Source: Deferribacterales bacterium
GTDB taxonomy: Bacteria; Chrysiogenota; Deferribacteres; Deferribacterales; Geovibrionaceae
Assembly: GCA_050253075.1 (NCBI GenBank)
Contig: JBFWJS010000002.1
Coordinates: 288,001 to 352,000, forward strand
Direction of reading: 5' to 3'
Length of the DNA: 64,000 nucleotides
Part shown: positions 9,986 through 19,704 of the stretch, one piece after another
Position numbering within the stretch: the first letter of the stretch is position 1
How the letters are laid out: each line of letters opens with the position of its first letter
Program-made: the position numbers and the translations under genes
The notes under the pieces: generated by a model
Seen by the model: only the letters and a program-made list of their open reading frames with translations
Database searches by the model: none
Told to the model about the DNA's origin: nothing

Positions 9986-11184
9986 TGGCCGGTCATCACG
10001 ATGAATATCATATCCACAGGGCAAAAATCCTGACCCCTGCATTCTATGTGCTCCTCTTTTTCACCGCTTTAGGATTTGTCCTTGTCGGTGTACGTTTTGT
10101 AAAAGGTATCGGAGCAGTTTCAAACATGTCTGACGGATACCCATGGGGTATCTGGATCGCCTACGACGTTGCTACCAGTACGGCTCTTGCCTGTGGTGGT
10201 TACGCCATGGCTATCATCATATACATTATGAACCGCATGACATACCACCCGCTGATACGTTCTGCGCTGGTTACAAGTATGTTCGGTTACATGCTCGCCG
10301 GTCTCTCCGTTATGGTGGATATCGGACGCTACTGGAACGCTTACAGTTTCCTCCTGCCTACACGCTGGCAGCCGAACTCTGTAATGTTCGAAGTTGCCGT
10401 GTGTATCATGGCATACAACGTAGTTCTCATGCTGGAAGTTCTCCCTGCTATTCTTGAGAGATTCATCCACGCTGAAACTACAAGGTTCCCCGCTGTTAAG
10501 CGTTTCGCTATGAAAATATATCCGAAGCTGGACAAAGTGCTCATCTTCATCGTGGTACTCGGTATCACCCTGCCGACAATGCACCAGTCCTCACTCGGCT
10601 CTATGCTTATCATCGCAAAGTCAAAGGTGAATCCTATCTGGCACACAGAGTTTCTCCCTCTGCTCTTTGTGATAAACGCGCTTTATATCGGTTACTCCGT
10701 AGTTGTGTTTGAGTCATTCGCATCATCTATGGCATTTAACAGACCGTTCGAAAAAGAAACACAGAGACTTTCAAGGGTTATCCCTTACGTCACTGCAGTA
10801 TGGCTGACACTCCGCTTCTGGGACCTCTATAACAGAGGCCAGCTCGGCGCAGCTTTCGCAGGCGACTATAACTCTATGATGTTCGTGAGTGAGATCGTCC
10901 TCATCACAGGCGGCTCATTCATACTGATGTGGAAGCAGTACAGGTCATCCCCCAGGATGGTCTTCATATCTGCGATGTTCCTCCTTGTGGGGGGCGGCTG
11001 GTATCGTTTCAACGTTTACCTGCTCGGCTTCAACCCGCACGGAAACTGGAGCTACTTTCCGTCTCTGCCGGAATTTTTCATTACTGTCGGTCTCATAGCA
11101 TTTGAGATACTGGGATACATGGTTCTTGTGAAGCTGTTCCCTATTATGCCTAAAGTGCACACAAATAAAGCACAGGCACACTAA
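9985..11184 (+). CDS. hybB: Hydrogenase-2 integral membrane subunit (NrfD/PsrC family)
   Basis: DGYPWGIWIAYD, DIGRYW, LPTMHQSSLG. Confidence 0.92.
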   Translation: MAGHHDEYHIHRAKILTPAFYVLLFFTALGFVLVGVRFVKGIGAVSNMSDGYPWGIWIAYDVATSTALACGGYAMAIIIYIMNRMTYHPLIRSALVTSMFGYMLAGLSVMVDIGRYWNAYSFLLPTRWQPNSVMFEVAVCIMAYNVVLMLEVLPAILERFIHAETTRFPAVKRFAMKIYPKLDKVLIFIVVLGITLPTMHQSSLGSMLIIAKSKVNPIWHTEFLPLLFVINALYIGYSVVVFESFASSMAFNRPFEKETQRLSRVIPYVTAVWLTLRFWDLYNRGQLGAAFAGDYNSMMFVSEIVLITGGSFILMWKQYRSSPRMVFISAMFLLVGGGWYRFNVYLLGFNPHGNWSYFPSLPEFFITVGLIAFEILGYMVLVKLFPIMPKVHTNKAQAH

Positions 11185-11205
11185 ATATTCAGGAGATAAT
11201 TAACA

Positions 11206-12888
11206 ATGGGTAAGAGAATTACTATAGATCCAATTACCAGAATTGAAGGTCACCTCCGCATCGATTTCGAAGTCGACGGCGGTCAGGTTTCAAAAGCATG
11301 GTCCTCTGCACAGATGTGGAGAGGTATCGAAAAGATACTTATCGGTCGCGACCCTAGAGACGCTTGGGTTTTCGCACAGAGATTCTGCGGCGTATGTACA
11401 ACAGTCCACGCTATCAGCTCCATCCGTTCACTCGAGAACGCTTTCAACGTGGAAGTGCCTCTGAACGCTCAGCTCGTGCGTAACATCGTCATCGCTCAGC
11501 ACTCCGTACAGGACCACATAGTGCACTTCTACCACCTCTCGGCTCTTGACTGGGTAGACATCGTAAGCGCACTTTCCGCTGACCCTAAAAAGACAGCACA
11601 GCTCGCTCAGTCTCTTTCCGACTGGCCTGGCAACAGTGTGACAGAATTCAAAGCTGTTAAAGAGAAGCTCACAGCCTTCGTACAGACAGGCAGACTCGGC
11701 ATATTCGGCTCCGGATACTGGGGGCACCCTGCGATGAAGCTCAGCCCGGAAGTAAACCTCATGGCTGCTGCACACTACCTTAAAGCTCTCGACTATCAGA
11801 AAAAAGCAGCTCAGGCTGTTGCTATACTCGGCGGTAAAAACCCACACATACAGAACCTCTGCATGGGCGGTGTTGCCACTGCTATAAACATGGACAACGA
11901 AGCTACACTCAACATGGAGCGCGTTGCACTCATGAAGTCACTTATGACAGAGACAAGAGACTTCGTAGAAAAAGTTCTCTACAACGACGTTATCGCCATC
12001 GCCAGCATGTACCCTGAGTGGTTCAAGTACGGTAAAGGCGTAGATAACTACCTCGCTGTACCTGAATTCCCTCTTGACTCTAAAATGACAAAATTCGATA
12101 TGCGCGGCGGTATCATCCTCGACGGCGATCTTAAAAAGTTTACTCTGCTGAAAGACCACAATGATGCTTCACTCATCAACGGCATCACAGAGTCTACAAA
12201 GCACGCATGGTACAAGGATGACGAACCGAAGAAACCTTGGGACGGCGAAACAGAGCCTTACTACACAGACTTTGACCCGAACGGCAAATACTCATGGTGT
12301 AAAGCTCCTCGTCTCGACGGTAAAGCTATACAGGTCGGACCTGTTGCCCAGATCCTCGCATCATACGTTGCAGGGGACACACATGTTAAGACTCTCGTAG
12401 ACAGCGCATGTAAAAAACTCGGCATCAAAGTAACAGACCTTCAGTCTACAATGGGACGCCACGTAACACGTGCTATGCGCTCCGTTATTATGGCTAACAA
12501 ATCCCTTACATACCTCGACATGCTTATGGAGAACCTTGCTAAGGGAGATACAATCTACGCTAACCATACAGAAATGCCTAAAGGCGAGTATCAGGGCGTA
12601 GGCTTCCACGAAGCTCCTAGAGGAACACTTTCCCACTGGATGCGTGTGGAAAACGGCAAGCTCACAAACTATCAGGCAGTCGTACCTTCAACATGGAATG
12701 CAGGCCCTAGAGACGAAGCAGGCATCGCAGGCCCATACGAGGCAAGCATCATGGGCAACCCTGTGGCAGACCCTGAAAAACCTCTCGAGGTTATCAGAAC
12801 CGTACACTCGTTCGACCCATGTATCGCATGTGCTGTTCACTCCATCGACCCTGACGGTAAAGAGCTCACAAGCGTTAAGGTAAGATAA
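11206..12888 (+). CDS. hybC: [NiFe] hydrogenase large subunit
   Basis: DPITRIEGH, RFCGVC (L1), DPCIACAVH (L2) and a cleavable C-terminal tail. Confidence 0.95.
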   Translation: MGKRITIDPITRIEGHLRIDFEVDGGQVSKAWSSAQMWRGIEKILIGRDPRDAWVFAQRFCGVCTTVHAISSIRSLENAFNVEVPLNAQLVRNIVIAQHSVQDHIVHFYHLSALDWVDIVSALSADPKKTAQLAQSLSDWPGNSVTEFKAVKEKLTAFVQTGRLGIFGSGYWGHPAMKLSPEVNLMAAAHYLKALDYQKKAAQAVAILGGKNPHIQNLCMGGVATAINMDNEATLNMERVALMKSLMTETRDFVEKVLYNDVIAIASMYPEWFKYGKGVDNYLAVPEFPLDSKMTKFDMRGGIILDGDLKKFTLLKDHNDASLINGITESTKHAWYKDDEPKKPWDGETEPYYTDFDPNGKYSWCKAPRLDGKAIQVGPVAQILASYVAGDTHVKTLVDSACKKLGIKVTDLQSTMGRHVTRAMRSVIMANKSLTYLDMLMENLAKGDTIYANHTEMPKGEYQGVGFHEAPRGTLSHWMRVENGKLTNYQAVVPSTWNAGPRDEAGIAGPYEASIMGNPVADPEKPLEVIRTVHSFDPCIACAVHSIDPDGKELTSVKVR

Positions 12889-12890
12889 AA

Positions 12891-13382
12891 ATGCGTACTG
12901 TAGTATTTGGCGCAGGTAACCTCCTCCTTTCAGACGAAGGGCTGGGGGTTCACCTCGTGCGCAGAATGAATGAAAAATATATGCCGTCGTCGGACGTAGA
13001 ATTCTACGACGGCGGCACTATGGGTATTCTCGCCACACATAAGCTGGAAGAGACTGACCATGTCATCATCGTAGACTCCCTGGAGGCCTCAGGCACTCCG
13101 GGCGAGCTGCGTGTGTATGAAAAGAATGACATCATGCTGGACAAGATCCCTGCGAAGATGTCTCCGCATCAGATAGGCCTTCAGGAAGTCCTGACCCTCA
13201 GCGAGCTCCGTGGCAAAGCGCCTGAGACCATCACATTTTACGGTGTGATACCTGCCAGCCTCGACAGCTCAGTAGAGCTCAGCAAAGAGGTAGCAGTAAA
13301 GCTGGACGAGATAGAAGCCCTGATAATAAATGAACTGAGTGAGATGGGAATCGAGCTGAAGCAGTTCGCTGCTGCAGTTTAG
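12891..13382 (+). CDS. hybD: Hydrogenase maturation endopeptidase
   Basis: GNLLLSDEGLG, DGGT, SPHQ motifs. Confidence 0.92.
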   Translation: MRTVVFGAGNLLLSDEGLGVHLVRRMNEKYMPSSDVEFYDGGTMGILATHKLEETDHVIIVDSLEASGTPGELRVYEKNDIMLDKIPAKMSPHQIGLQEVLTLSELRGKAPETITFYGVIPASLDSSVELSKEVAVKLDEIEALIINELSEMGIELKQFAAAV

Positions 13383-13398
13383 GCGATAATAGCACAAT

Positions 13399-13430
13399 AA
13401 AAAACGGCAGGGGATCTCCGCTGCCGTTTT
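13399..13430. terminator. Bidirectional terminator after hybD
   Basis: AAAAAACGGCAG-GGGATCTCCG-CTGCCGTTTT. Confidence 0.75.
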
Positions 13431-13680
13431 CCAGCAAACAAAACGAGAGGTAAGGGCTTGTTTGCTAAACATTTATTCAAATGTGTAATGGCCTAAAAAA
13501 AGCTCTGGAGATATAAGAGGATCTCCAGAGCAAAAAGCGGCGAAACCGCATATGCATCTTGGTTATGATTTCTTATCAACTCGGTAGTCTGATTAAAAGA
13601 GCGGAGGACTTCTCCTCCGCTCAATCAGGTATGTGGCTAAATACTTGCCTATAGTACTTAAACTTAATTCCGAGGAGTTA
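13399..13680 (-). ncRNA. Candidate sigma54-dependent small RNA(s); about 185 nt to the terminator at 13495-13531, about 280 nt on readthrough
   Basis: Lies downstream of a consensus sigma54 promoter, has no credible ORF, and contains several hairpins followed by U-tracts on the minus strand. Confidence 0.55.
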
Positions 13681-13690
13681 CTTTATATAA

Positions 13691-13707
13691 AGCAACGGAC
13701 GTGCCAA
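13691..13707 (-). promoter_or_regulatory. sigma54 (-24/-12) promoter
   Basis: Minus strand reads TTGGCAC-GTCCG-TTGCT, matching TGGCAC-N5-TTGC. Confidence 0.85.
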
Positions 13708-13782
13708 AAACGGCAAAGTTATGTAAAGCACTATAGGCTAAGTATTATTCCGAATGAGATAATTAGTTCACAGACGAAAACA

Positions 13783-13868
13783 TGACGAATATCCGCCATG
13801 GCATTTTTAACCAATTCTTATTTTCTGCATAATTACTAGATATTTAACACGATGGCGAATTTTCGCCG
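13783..13868. promoter_or_regulatory. Pair of candidate enhancer-binding-protein (UAS) sites
   Basis: TGACGAATATCCGCCA (13783-13798) and TGGCGAATTTTCGCCG (13853-13868); a third copy, CGGCGAAAATCCGCCA, at 15291-15306. Confidence 0.55.
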
Positions 13869-13873
13869 TAGGA

Positions 13874-15247
13874 TTATTCTTCGATGAGGCCGTATTTCTC
13901 CAGTTTATAGCGGAGAGTACCTCTCGGAGTATTTAAAAGACGTGACGTGCCGGACACATTCCCTTCGGTGATGTCCAAGGCTTTCATAAGTATCTGTTTC
14001 TCTATTTCCTGCAGTGTCTTATCCAGATCCAGCCCATCTTCGGGGATGTCTATATCACTGCATTTTTTCACTGATCGTCCCTCGGGCTGAAGCTCCACGG
14101 GGAGCATTTCAGGCGTTATGACCTCTGTATTATTCATAATGCATATCCGCTCCACCATATTTTTCAGTTCGCGAATATTTCCCGGCCAGGGGTACTGGCG
14201 AAAAACAGCCAGTGCATCTTTCGAAAAACTTTTAATATTTTTCTTAAAATCTTTATTAAACTTTTTAATGAACATCTCAAGAAGCGGAGCAATGTCCTCT
14301 GCCCTCGCCCTGAGAGGCGGGAGCTCTATGGGGAAAACGTTCAGCCTGTAATAGAGGTCTTCCCTGAAGGTCTTCTCCTCTATAGCTTCTTTCAGGTCTT
14401 TGTTTGTGGCTGCGATGATGCGGACATTTATATCTATGTTCCTTGTACCGCCGAGCCTGCGTATCTTCCTCTCTTCGAGCACACGCAGCAGCTTCACCTG
14501 CAGGTTAAGATCCATCTCGCCCAGCTCGTCGAGGAACACTGTCCCCCCTGCGGCCTCTTCCAGCAGACCTATCTTCCTCACCTTTGCATCGGTGAATGCG
14601 CCCTTTTCATGTCCGAAGAGCTCTGATTCCAGCAGGTTATACGGGAGCGATCCGCAGTTTATATCTACGAAAGGCTTATCCTTTCTGGGTGACAGCATGT
14701 GTATGGCTCTGGCAGCGACTTCCTTACCGGTTCCGCTTTCGCCTGTTATCATGACGGTGGCGTTCTCGTGCTTTGCCACCTCTTCTATCTGTTTGAAAAC
14801 GTTCACCATAGCAACGCTGGAGCCCACTATCTCAGGCAGGTCGGCTATGCCTCCCCTTCTGATGGATTTCAGCTCACGCTTCAGGCTCTGTGTTTCCAGC
14901 GCCAGCCTGACGATGAGGTGTATGGCGTCCGCCTTGAAAGGCTTCTTGATATAGTCGTATGCGCCCATTTTAAGAGCCTCTACGGCGGTCTCTACCGTGC
15001 CGTAGCCTGTTATGATGATGACGAGTATATCAGGGTCTGCTTCTTTGATCTCACGCAGGATATCAAGCCCGCTCTCCTCGCCCAGATTCATATCCAAAAG
15101 GATAAGGTCGGGGTCGTCATTAGCGAGGCGTTCGATGGTCTCCGCTCTGTTCACGGCGGATATCACCTCATAGCCTTTTGATGTGAGGGTGCGTTCTATT
15201 GTCTCTCTGATAAATTGTTCGTCGTCTACGACTAATATTCTTTCCAT
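13874..15247 (-). CDS. sigma54-dependent response regulator (NtrC/AtoC family)
   Basis: REC domain, GESGTGKE, GAFTDA, C-terminal Fis-type HTH. Confidence 0.93.
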   Translation of the reverse strand: MERILVVDDEQFIRETIERTLTSKGYEVISAVNRAETIERLANDDPDLILLDMNLGEESGLDILREIKEADPDILVIIITGYGTVETAVEALKMGAYDYIKKPFKADAIHLIVRLALETQSLKRELKSIRRGGIADLPEIVGSSVAMVNVFKQIEEVAKHENATVMITGESGTGKEVAARAIHMLSPRKDKPFVDINCGSLPYNLLESELFGHEKGAFTDAKVRKIGLLEEAAGGTVFLDELGEMDLNLQVKLLRVLEERKIRRLGGTRNIDINVRIIAATNKDLKEAIEEKTFREDLYYRLNVFPIELPPLRARAEDIAPLLEMFIKKFNKDFKKNIKSFSKDALAVFRQYPWPGNIRELKNMVERICIMNNTEVITPEMLPVELQPEGRSVKKCSDIDIPEDGLDLDKTLQEIEKQILMKALDITEGNVSGTSRLLNTPRGTLRYKLEKYGLIEE

Positions 15248-15307
15248 GGGATATGATTATATGACAAACGAAATAATTAGCAATGGGAAACGGCGAAAAT
15301 CCGCCAC

Positions 15308-17731
15308 TTATTTTAGAGAAAATGTGATAATGAATTCGGTCCCGTTCCCTTTGGTGCTGTTTACGTCTATGACACCCTTGTGATCGGTGATTATATTGTG
15401 AGTAATGGCGAGCCCGAGCCCCGTCCCTTCGCCCTTAGTGGTATAGAAAGGCTCGAATATCAGCTTTATCTTTTCCTCGTCCATACCGACGCCCGTATCT
15501 TTTATATGCACTTTTATTCCTGAGATGGATTTATACGCCTTTATGCTGAGCGTACCGCCATCGGGCATTGCTTCTGCGCCGTTTTTGATGAGGTTCAGCA
15601 GAGCCTGCTTCAGCTTTGCACTCTCCATAGGAAATGGCGGGATGTTCTCTGATATATCTATTTCAAATTTTATATTCTTCTTCTCATACTGTTTCTTCAC
15701 CATGAAGACAATGTCGTCTATAACGGGGGCGATGTCCCCGTCCTTGAGCTCTATACTGGATGCACGGGCAAAGCTGAGCAGCTCTGTTATCAATGCTTCC
15801 AGTCGCTCTATCTCATTAAGCGACCTGCGTATGAGGTCCTGCTCCTCGGGCTTTCCTATCAGCATGTCGTGCAGATCGTCCAGCAGAATGCTGACGCCTG
15901 TCAGCGGGTTTCTAATCTCGTGTGCGAGCCCCGCAGAGAGCCTTCCCAGAGATGCCAGCCTCTCCATACGCTCAAGATGGGCACGCATGCTCATACGCTC
16001 CGTAACATCTTCTATGGTCAGTATCTTACCCTGATAGCTGCCTATGGACAGCGGCAGGACGGCCACACGGAAAATCTTCTTTCTTCCTGCGATGGTCACT
16101 TCGAGGTAATCGTCGAACCTCTGCACGCTGTACTGTTCTATCCCCGAACGCACGTATGTACGTATCTGAGGCAGATTCTCCGCCATTTCGTCAAAATCGA
16201 CCTCTTCTTCAAAGAAATGCACGCCAAAGATGCTTCTGGCGGAAGCGTTCATGAATGTGACCATATTTTCATGGTTTATGGTGATGACACCCGTGTCGAT
16301 ATTTTCAAATACCGTGGTCTTGAATACCTGCTCCCAGAGTAGTTCGTGGCGGTTACGCTCCAGCTCCTCCAGAGAATCCTGAAGATGCTGCCTCTGTTCG
16401 TTCAGGCTGAGAGCCATAGTGTTGAACGATTTCGCCAATACGCCTATCTCGTCGTTGCTCTTAACGTCTGCATATATGTCCAGCTTGCCCGATGCCATCT
16501 CCTTCGTGCTGGCGAGGAGTATGTTAATAGGCTTTACCAGACCTCTCGATATCTTGAAACTAACGTAAAGAACTATCATAAGGACTATTACGACATATAC
16601 CCATGACCTGAATATATAGCTCTTAAACTCGAAGCGGATAGTGTCCGACGTGACCCTTGCTGCCTTGTGGAACATATTTACCTCGGCGCCGATAGCCACC
16701 CCGCCGAATATCCTGTGTCTCTTATACTCTCCGTGTGCGAAAGGGATCGGCGCATAAGCCATGATCCTGGGAACACCGCCCACGTTTGTGACGCTGATAA
16801 CACCGCTTTTGCCAACACGCACGGCACTCGCCGCAGTTGGATAGTTTTTATGTATGAATCCTGAGAAAAGGAGATTGAAAGGACGTGTCCCCTCCTCCTG
16901 CTCCAGTGATGTAAATGGCTCCATAAGATTCCCGTCTTTGTCGTATCCTCTGATGTCTTCCTTCTTCGGGTGGGCTATCATCCAGCCGTCGTCATCAAAA
17001 AGGAATGCATAACTCCCGCTCATATACGGCGTCTTCACGGCAAGCTCCCCTGTGGGGTATATATGCTTTATCAGCTCGTCTATGTGTCTCTGGTCGAGGG
17101 AAAGTATGATAAGACCTATCTGCTTGTCTTCGTCAAAGACCTTTTTGACAAATCTGAATTCTCCCTCATAGTCCTGAGCGGAATTCTTGTCCCTGTACCA
17201 GCCAGACAAGCGGGATACGTATATGTCGTTATCTCTCATAGCCATAGCTTTGGCATAATAATCTTCTGTAAGATACGTGGTGTTTTCAGGCTTTGAGATA
17301 TCTCTCAGCATCTCTGGACGTCCGTGACGGATGCGTATCTTTTCATGCCCTGATGTATCCGCAAAGGCTATCTCGGCATAGAGGGGGACTTCCTTTTTAT
17401 ACTCCACCCCTTTCAGCTCGTCCCACAGGACACCCCTGCGTGTATCGTAAAATTTTATATAGTTAGTGTATGAAGGCGTAACAAGGGCGAGGCTGTCCGC
17501 ATCGCTCTTTATATCGCTGAGGAACATGGATATCTTATCCGCCGATGAATTCGCCACCTGTGCCAGCATATATTCTGTCTGTCCGTCGAGGGCATCGGAC
17601 GCCTTCTGACGCAGATATGTGTCGGAAAGTTTAAGCCCCGCAGATAGATATAGGAAATGGATAATGAGCGGAATAACCGCCAGACCGATGAACGCAAAAA
17701 ATATCTTTGAATAAATGGACATCTTTTTCAT
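15308..17731 (-). CDS. Sensor histidine kinase (periplasmic Cache-like, HAMP, PAS, HisKA, HATPase)
   Basis: Two TMs, HAMP DEIGVLAKSFN, AHEIRNPL, DTGVG, GTGLGL. Confidence 0.92.
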   Translation of the reverse strand: MKKMSIYSKIFFAFIGLAVIPLIIHFLYLSAGLKLSDTYLRQKASDALDGQTEYMLAQVANSSADKISMFLSDIKSDADSLALVTPSYTNYIKFYDTRRGVLWDELKGVEYKKEVPLYAEIAFADTSGHEKIRIRHGRPEMLRDISKPENTTYLTEDYYAKAMAMRDNDIYVSRLSGWYRDKNSAQDYEGEFRFVKKVFDEDKQIGLIILSLDQRHIDELIKHIYPTGELAVKTPYMSGSYAFLFDDDGWMIAHPKKEDIRGYDKDGNLMEPFTSLEQEEGTRPFNLLFSGFIHKNYPTAASAVRVGKSGVISVTNVGGVPRIMAYAPIPFAHGEYKRHRIFGGVAIGAEVNMFHKAARVTSDTIRFEFKSYIFRSWVYVVIVLMIVLYVSFKISRGLVKPINILLASTKEMASGKLDIYADVKSNDEIGVLAKSFNTMALSLNEQRQHLQDSLEELERNRHELLWEQVFKTTVFENIDTGVITINHENMVTFMNASARSIFGVHFFEEEVDFDEMAENLPQIRTYVRSGIEQYSVQRFDDYLEVTIAGRKKIFRVAVLPLSIGSYQGKILTIEDVTERMSMRAHLERMERLASLGRLSAGLAHEIRNPLTGVSILLDDLHDMLIGKPEEQDLIRRSLNEIERLEALITELLSFARASSIELKDGDIAPVIDDIVFMVKKQYEKKNIKFEIDISENIPPFPMESAKLKQALLNLIKNGAEAMPDGGTLSIKAYKSISGIKVHIKDTGVGMDEEKIKLIFEPFYTTKGEGTGLGLAITHNIITDHKGVIDVNSTKGNGTEFIITFSLK

Positions 17732-17781
17732 TTATAGTATTTTGCAACTATCAGAGGAAAAAATAAAGGGATAAATGCTGA

Positions 17782-17816
17782 AATAAAATACGCCGCAGGC
17801 GTATGACCTGCGGCGT
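17782..17816 (-). terminator. Intrinsic terminator after rbsB
   Basis: ACGCCGCAGG/CCTGCGGCGT stem with a T-rich tail on the minus strand. Confidence 0.65.
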
Positions 17817-17851
17817 GACAAAAATAAGAAGCTTTCGCTTCGGGGGTTATA

Positions 17852-18727
17852 TTATTTCACTACGAGCTTAAGAGCTACAGGAACGTAGGCCTCGACCTTT
17901 TTACCGTCGAGAACAGCTTTCGCAGTATCTACACCCATAGAGCCGATGAAAGCAGGCTGCTGTGCAACAGTTGCAGCAAGCTCGCCGTCTTTAACAGCTT
18001 TTACAGCGTCGTCTGTGGCGTCAAAGCCGACAACGAGTATCTTTCTCTGTGTTCCCTGAATAGCTTTCAGTGCGCCGAGAGCCATTTCGTCGTTATGAGC
18101 GAAAACAGCATCGATAGCAGGCTGAGCCTGAAGGATGTTTTCCATAACGTTCAGACCTTTTGTTCTGTCGAAGTCTGCTGCCTGCCTAGCTACAACTTTC
18201 ACTGCTGATCCTTCGATAGCAGAGTTAAAGCCCTTGCCTCTGTCTCTGGCTGCGGATGTTCCGGGGATACCTTCCAGCTCGACAACATTGCCTTTCTTAC
18301 CCAGCTTTTCCATGATGAACTCGCCTGCCATTTTACCGCCTGCGATGTTGTCGGATGCGATGTGAGAAACTACGTCGCCTCTGTTTGCGCCTCTGTCGAG
18401 TGTGATAACAGGCACTTTAGCTCTGTTTGCCATCTTGATGGCGTTGCCGACTGCATCTGAATCTGTCGGGTTGATGAGGATAGCCGCTACACCTCTGGAG
18501 AGGAGGTCTTCAACGTTTGCTATCTCTTTTGCAGGGTCGTTCTGAGAATCAAGGACGACCAGATCTATTCCAAGCTCTCCTGCTTTGCTCACTGCTCCGT
18601 CTTTCAGAGTGACAAAGAAGGGGTTGTTCAGTGTGGATACCACGAGGCCGACAGTCTTTCCTGCGGCGAGTACGGGCATAGCAGCAAATGCGACCAGCGC
18701 CAGTACTGTTACTAAAATCTTTTTCAT
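17852..18727 (-). CDS. rbsB: Ribose ABC transporter substrate-binding protein
   Basis: [34 protein letters not shown]; signal peptide. Confidence 0.95.
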   Translation of the reverse strand: MKKILVTVLALVAFAAMPVLAAGKTVGLVVSTLNNPFFVTLKDGAVSKAGELGIDLVVLDSQNDPAKEIANVEDLLSRGVAAILINPTDSDAVGNAIKMANRAKVPVITLDRGANRGDVVSHIASDNIAGGKMAGEFIMEKLGKKGNVVELEGIPGTSAARDRGKGFNSAIEGSAVKVVARQAADFDRTKGLNVMENILQAQPAIDAVFAHNDEMALGALKAIQGTQRKILVVGFDATDDAVKAVKDGELAATVAQQPAFIGSMGVDTAKAVLDGKKVEAYVPVALKLVVK

Positions 18728-18755
18728 AGCTGACTCCTTATACAAATGTGATTAC

Positions 18756-19694
18756 TCACTTCTTTCTATCCATAAGGACGGCGATGAGTATCACCGCTCC
18801 TTTTGCGATCATCTGATAATATGAAGATACGTTCATGAGATTCAGGGCGTTGTTCAGTATGCCTATGATAAGCGCACCGGTGAATGTGCCGAATATAGTG
18901 CCCAGACCGCCTGCGAGGCTTGTGCCCCCGAGCACAACGGCAGCAATGGCGTCCAGCTCATACCCTGCGCCCGCCGTGGGCTGTGCGGATGAGAGCCTTG
19001 ACGTGAGTATTATCCCCGCTATGGCTGCGGTCAGACCGCTGATGGCATAGACGGCTATCTTCACCCTGCTGACACGCACACCTGAGAGTCTGGATGCCTC
19101 TTCGTTACCGCCTATGGCATACACATATCTGCCGAATCTGGTGTGCTTCAGCACATAATACGACACAGCAAACACCGCTATCATCAGCACCACAGGCACA
19201 GGTATGCCGAAAATGTATCCTGTGCCGAACCATGCATATATATCTGCCGCCTCTTCGTATCCTGTGGATATCGGCTTCCCGTCGGTGAAGACGAGTGTCG
19301 CACCACGAAGGAGCGTCATCCCCACAAGGGTTGCTATGAAAGGCTGCACCTTGCCTTTTGTAATGGCGACACCGGCGAGCATACCTAGTATCGTACCCAG
19401 TGAAAGGGTTGTAAAGAGCGACACGGCAACGCCGTAGTCATGGGCTATCATAAAAGCAGACACGGCACCACATATGGCGAGTATCGACCCGACAGAGAGG
19501 TCTATCCCGCCAGTGAGAATAACAAATGTCATACCCGCAGCGATAACGGCGTTTATGGACGTCTGCCTGAGCACATTCATAATGTTGTTAACTGTCAGGA
19601 ATCTGGGGCTGATCAGGGATACAATAACCGCCAGAATTATCAGCCCTAGCAATGGTCTGAATTTTATAAGCATTTCTTTAGCTGTCATTTTCAT
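18756..19694 (-). CDS. rbsC: Ribose ABC transporter permease
   Basis: GGIDLSVGS, YELDAIAAVVLGGTSL. Confidence 0.93.
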   Translation of the reverse strand: MKMTAKEMLIKFRPLLGLIILAVIVSLISPRFLTVNNIMNVLRQTSINAVIAAGMTFVILTGGIDLSVGSILAICGAVSAFMIAHDYGVAVSLFTTLSLGTILGMLAGVAITKGKVQPFIATLVGMTLLRGATLVFTDGKPISTGYEEAADIYAWFGTGYIFGIPVPVVLMIAVFAVSYYVLKHTRFGRYVYAIGGNEEASRLSGVRVSRVKIAVYAISGLTAAIAGIILTSRLSSAQPTAGAGYELDAIAAVVLGGTSLAGGLGTIFGTFTGALIIGILNNALNLMNVSSYYQMIAKGAVILIAVLMDRKK

Positions 19695-19704
19695 CCGAAC
19701 ACCC

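Noticed and set aside
11206..12888. Selenocysteine-containing [NiFeSe] hydrogenase
   Set aside because: The L2 motif is DPCIAC with ordinary Cys codons; no in-frame TGA.
13269..13472. 67-aa minus-strand ORF as the target of the sigma54 promoter
   Set aside because: Lies beyond strong terminator hairpins, has no RBS and overlaps hybD antisense.
13399..13630. CRISPR array
   Set aside because: The hairpins are not identical repeats with regular spacers, and there are no cas genes.
13399..13680. CsrB/RsmZ-like RNA on the plus strand (several GGA motifs)
   Set aside because: The promoter and most U-tracts point to the minus strand, and several GGAs are in stems; not fully excluded.
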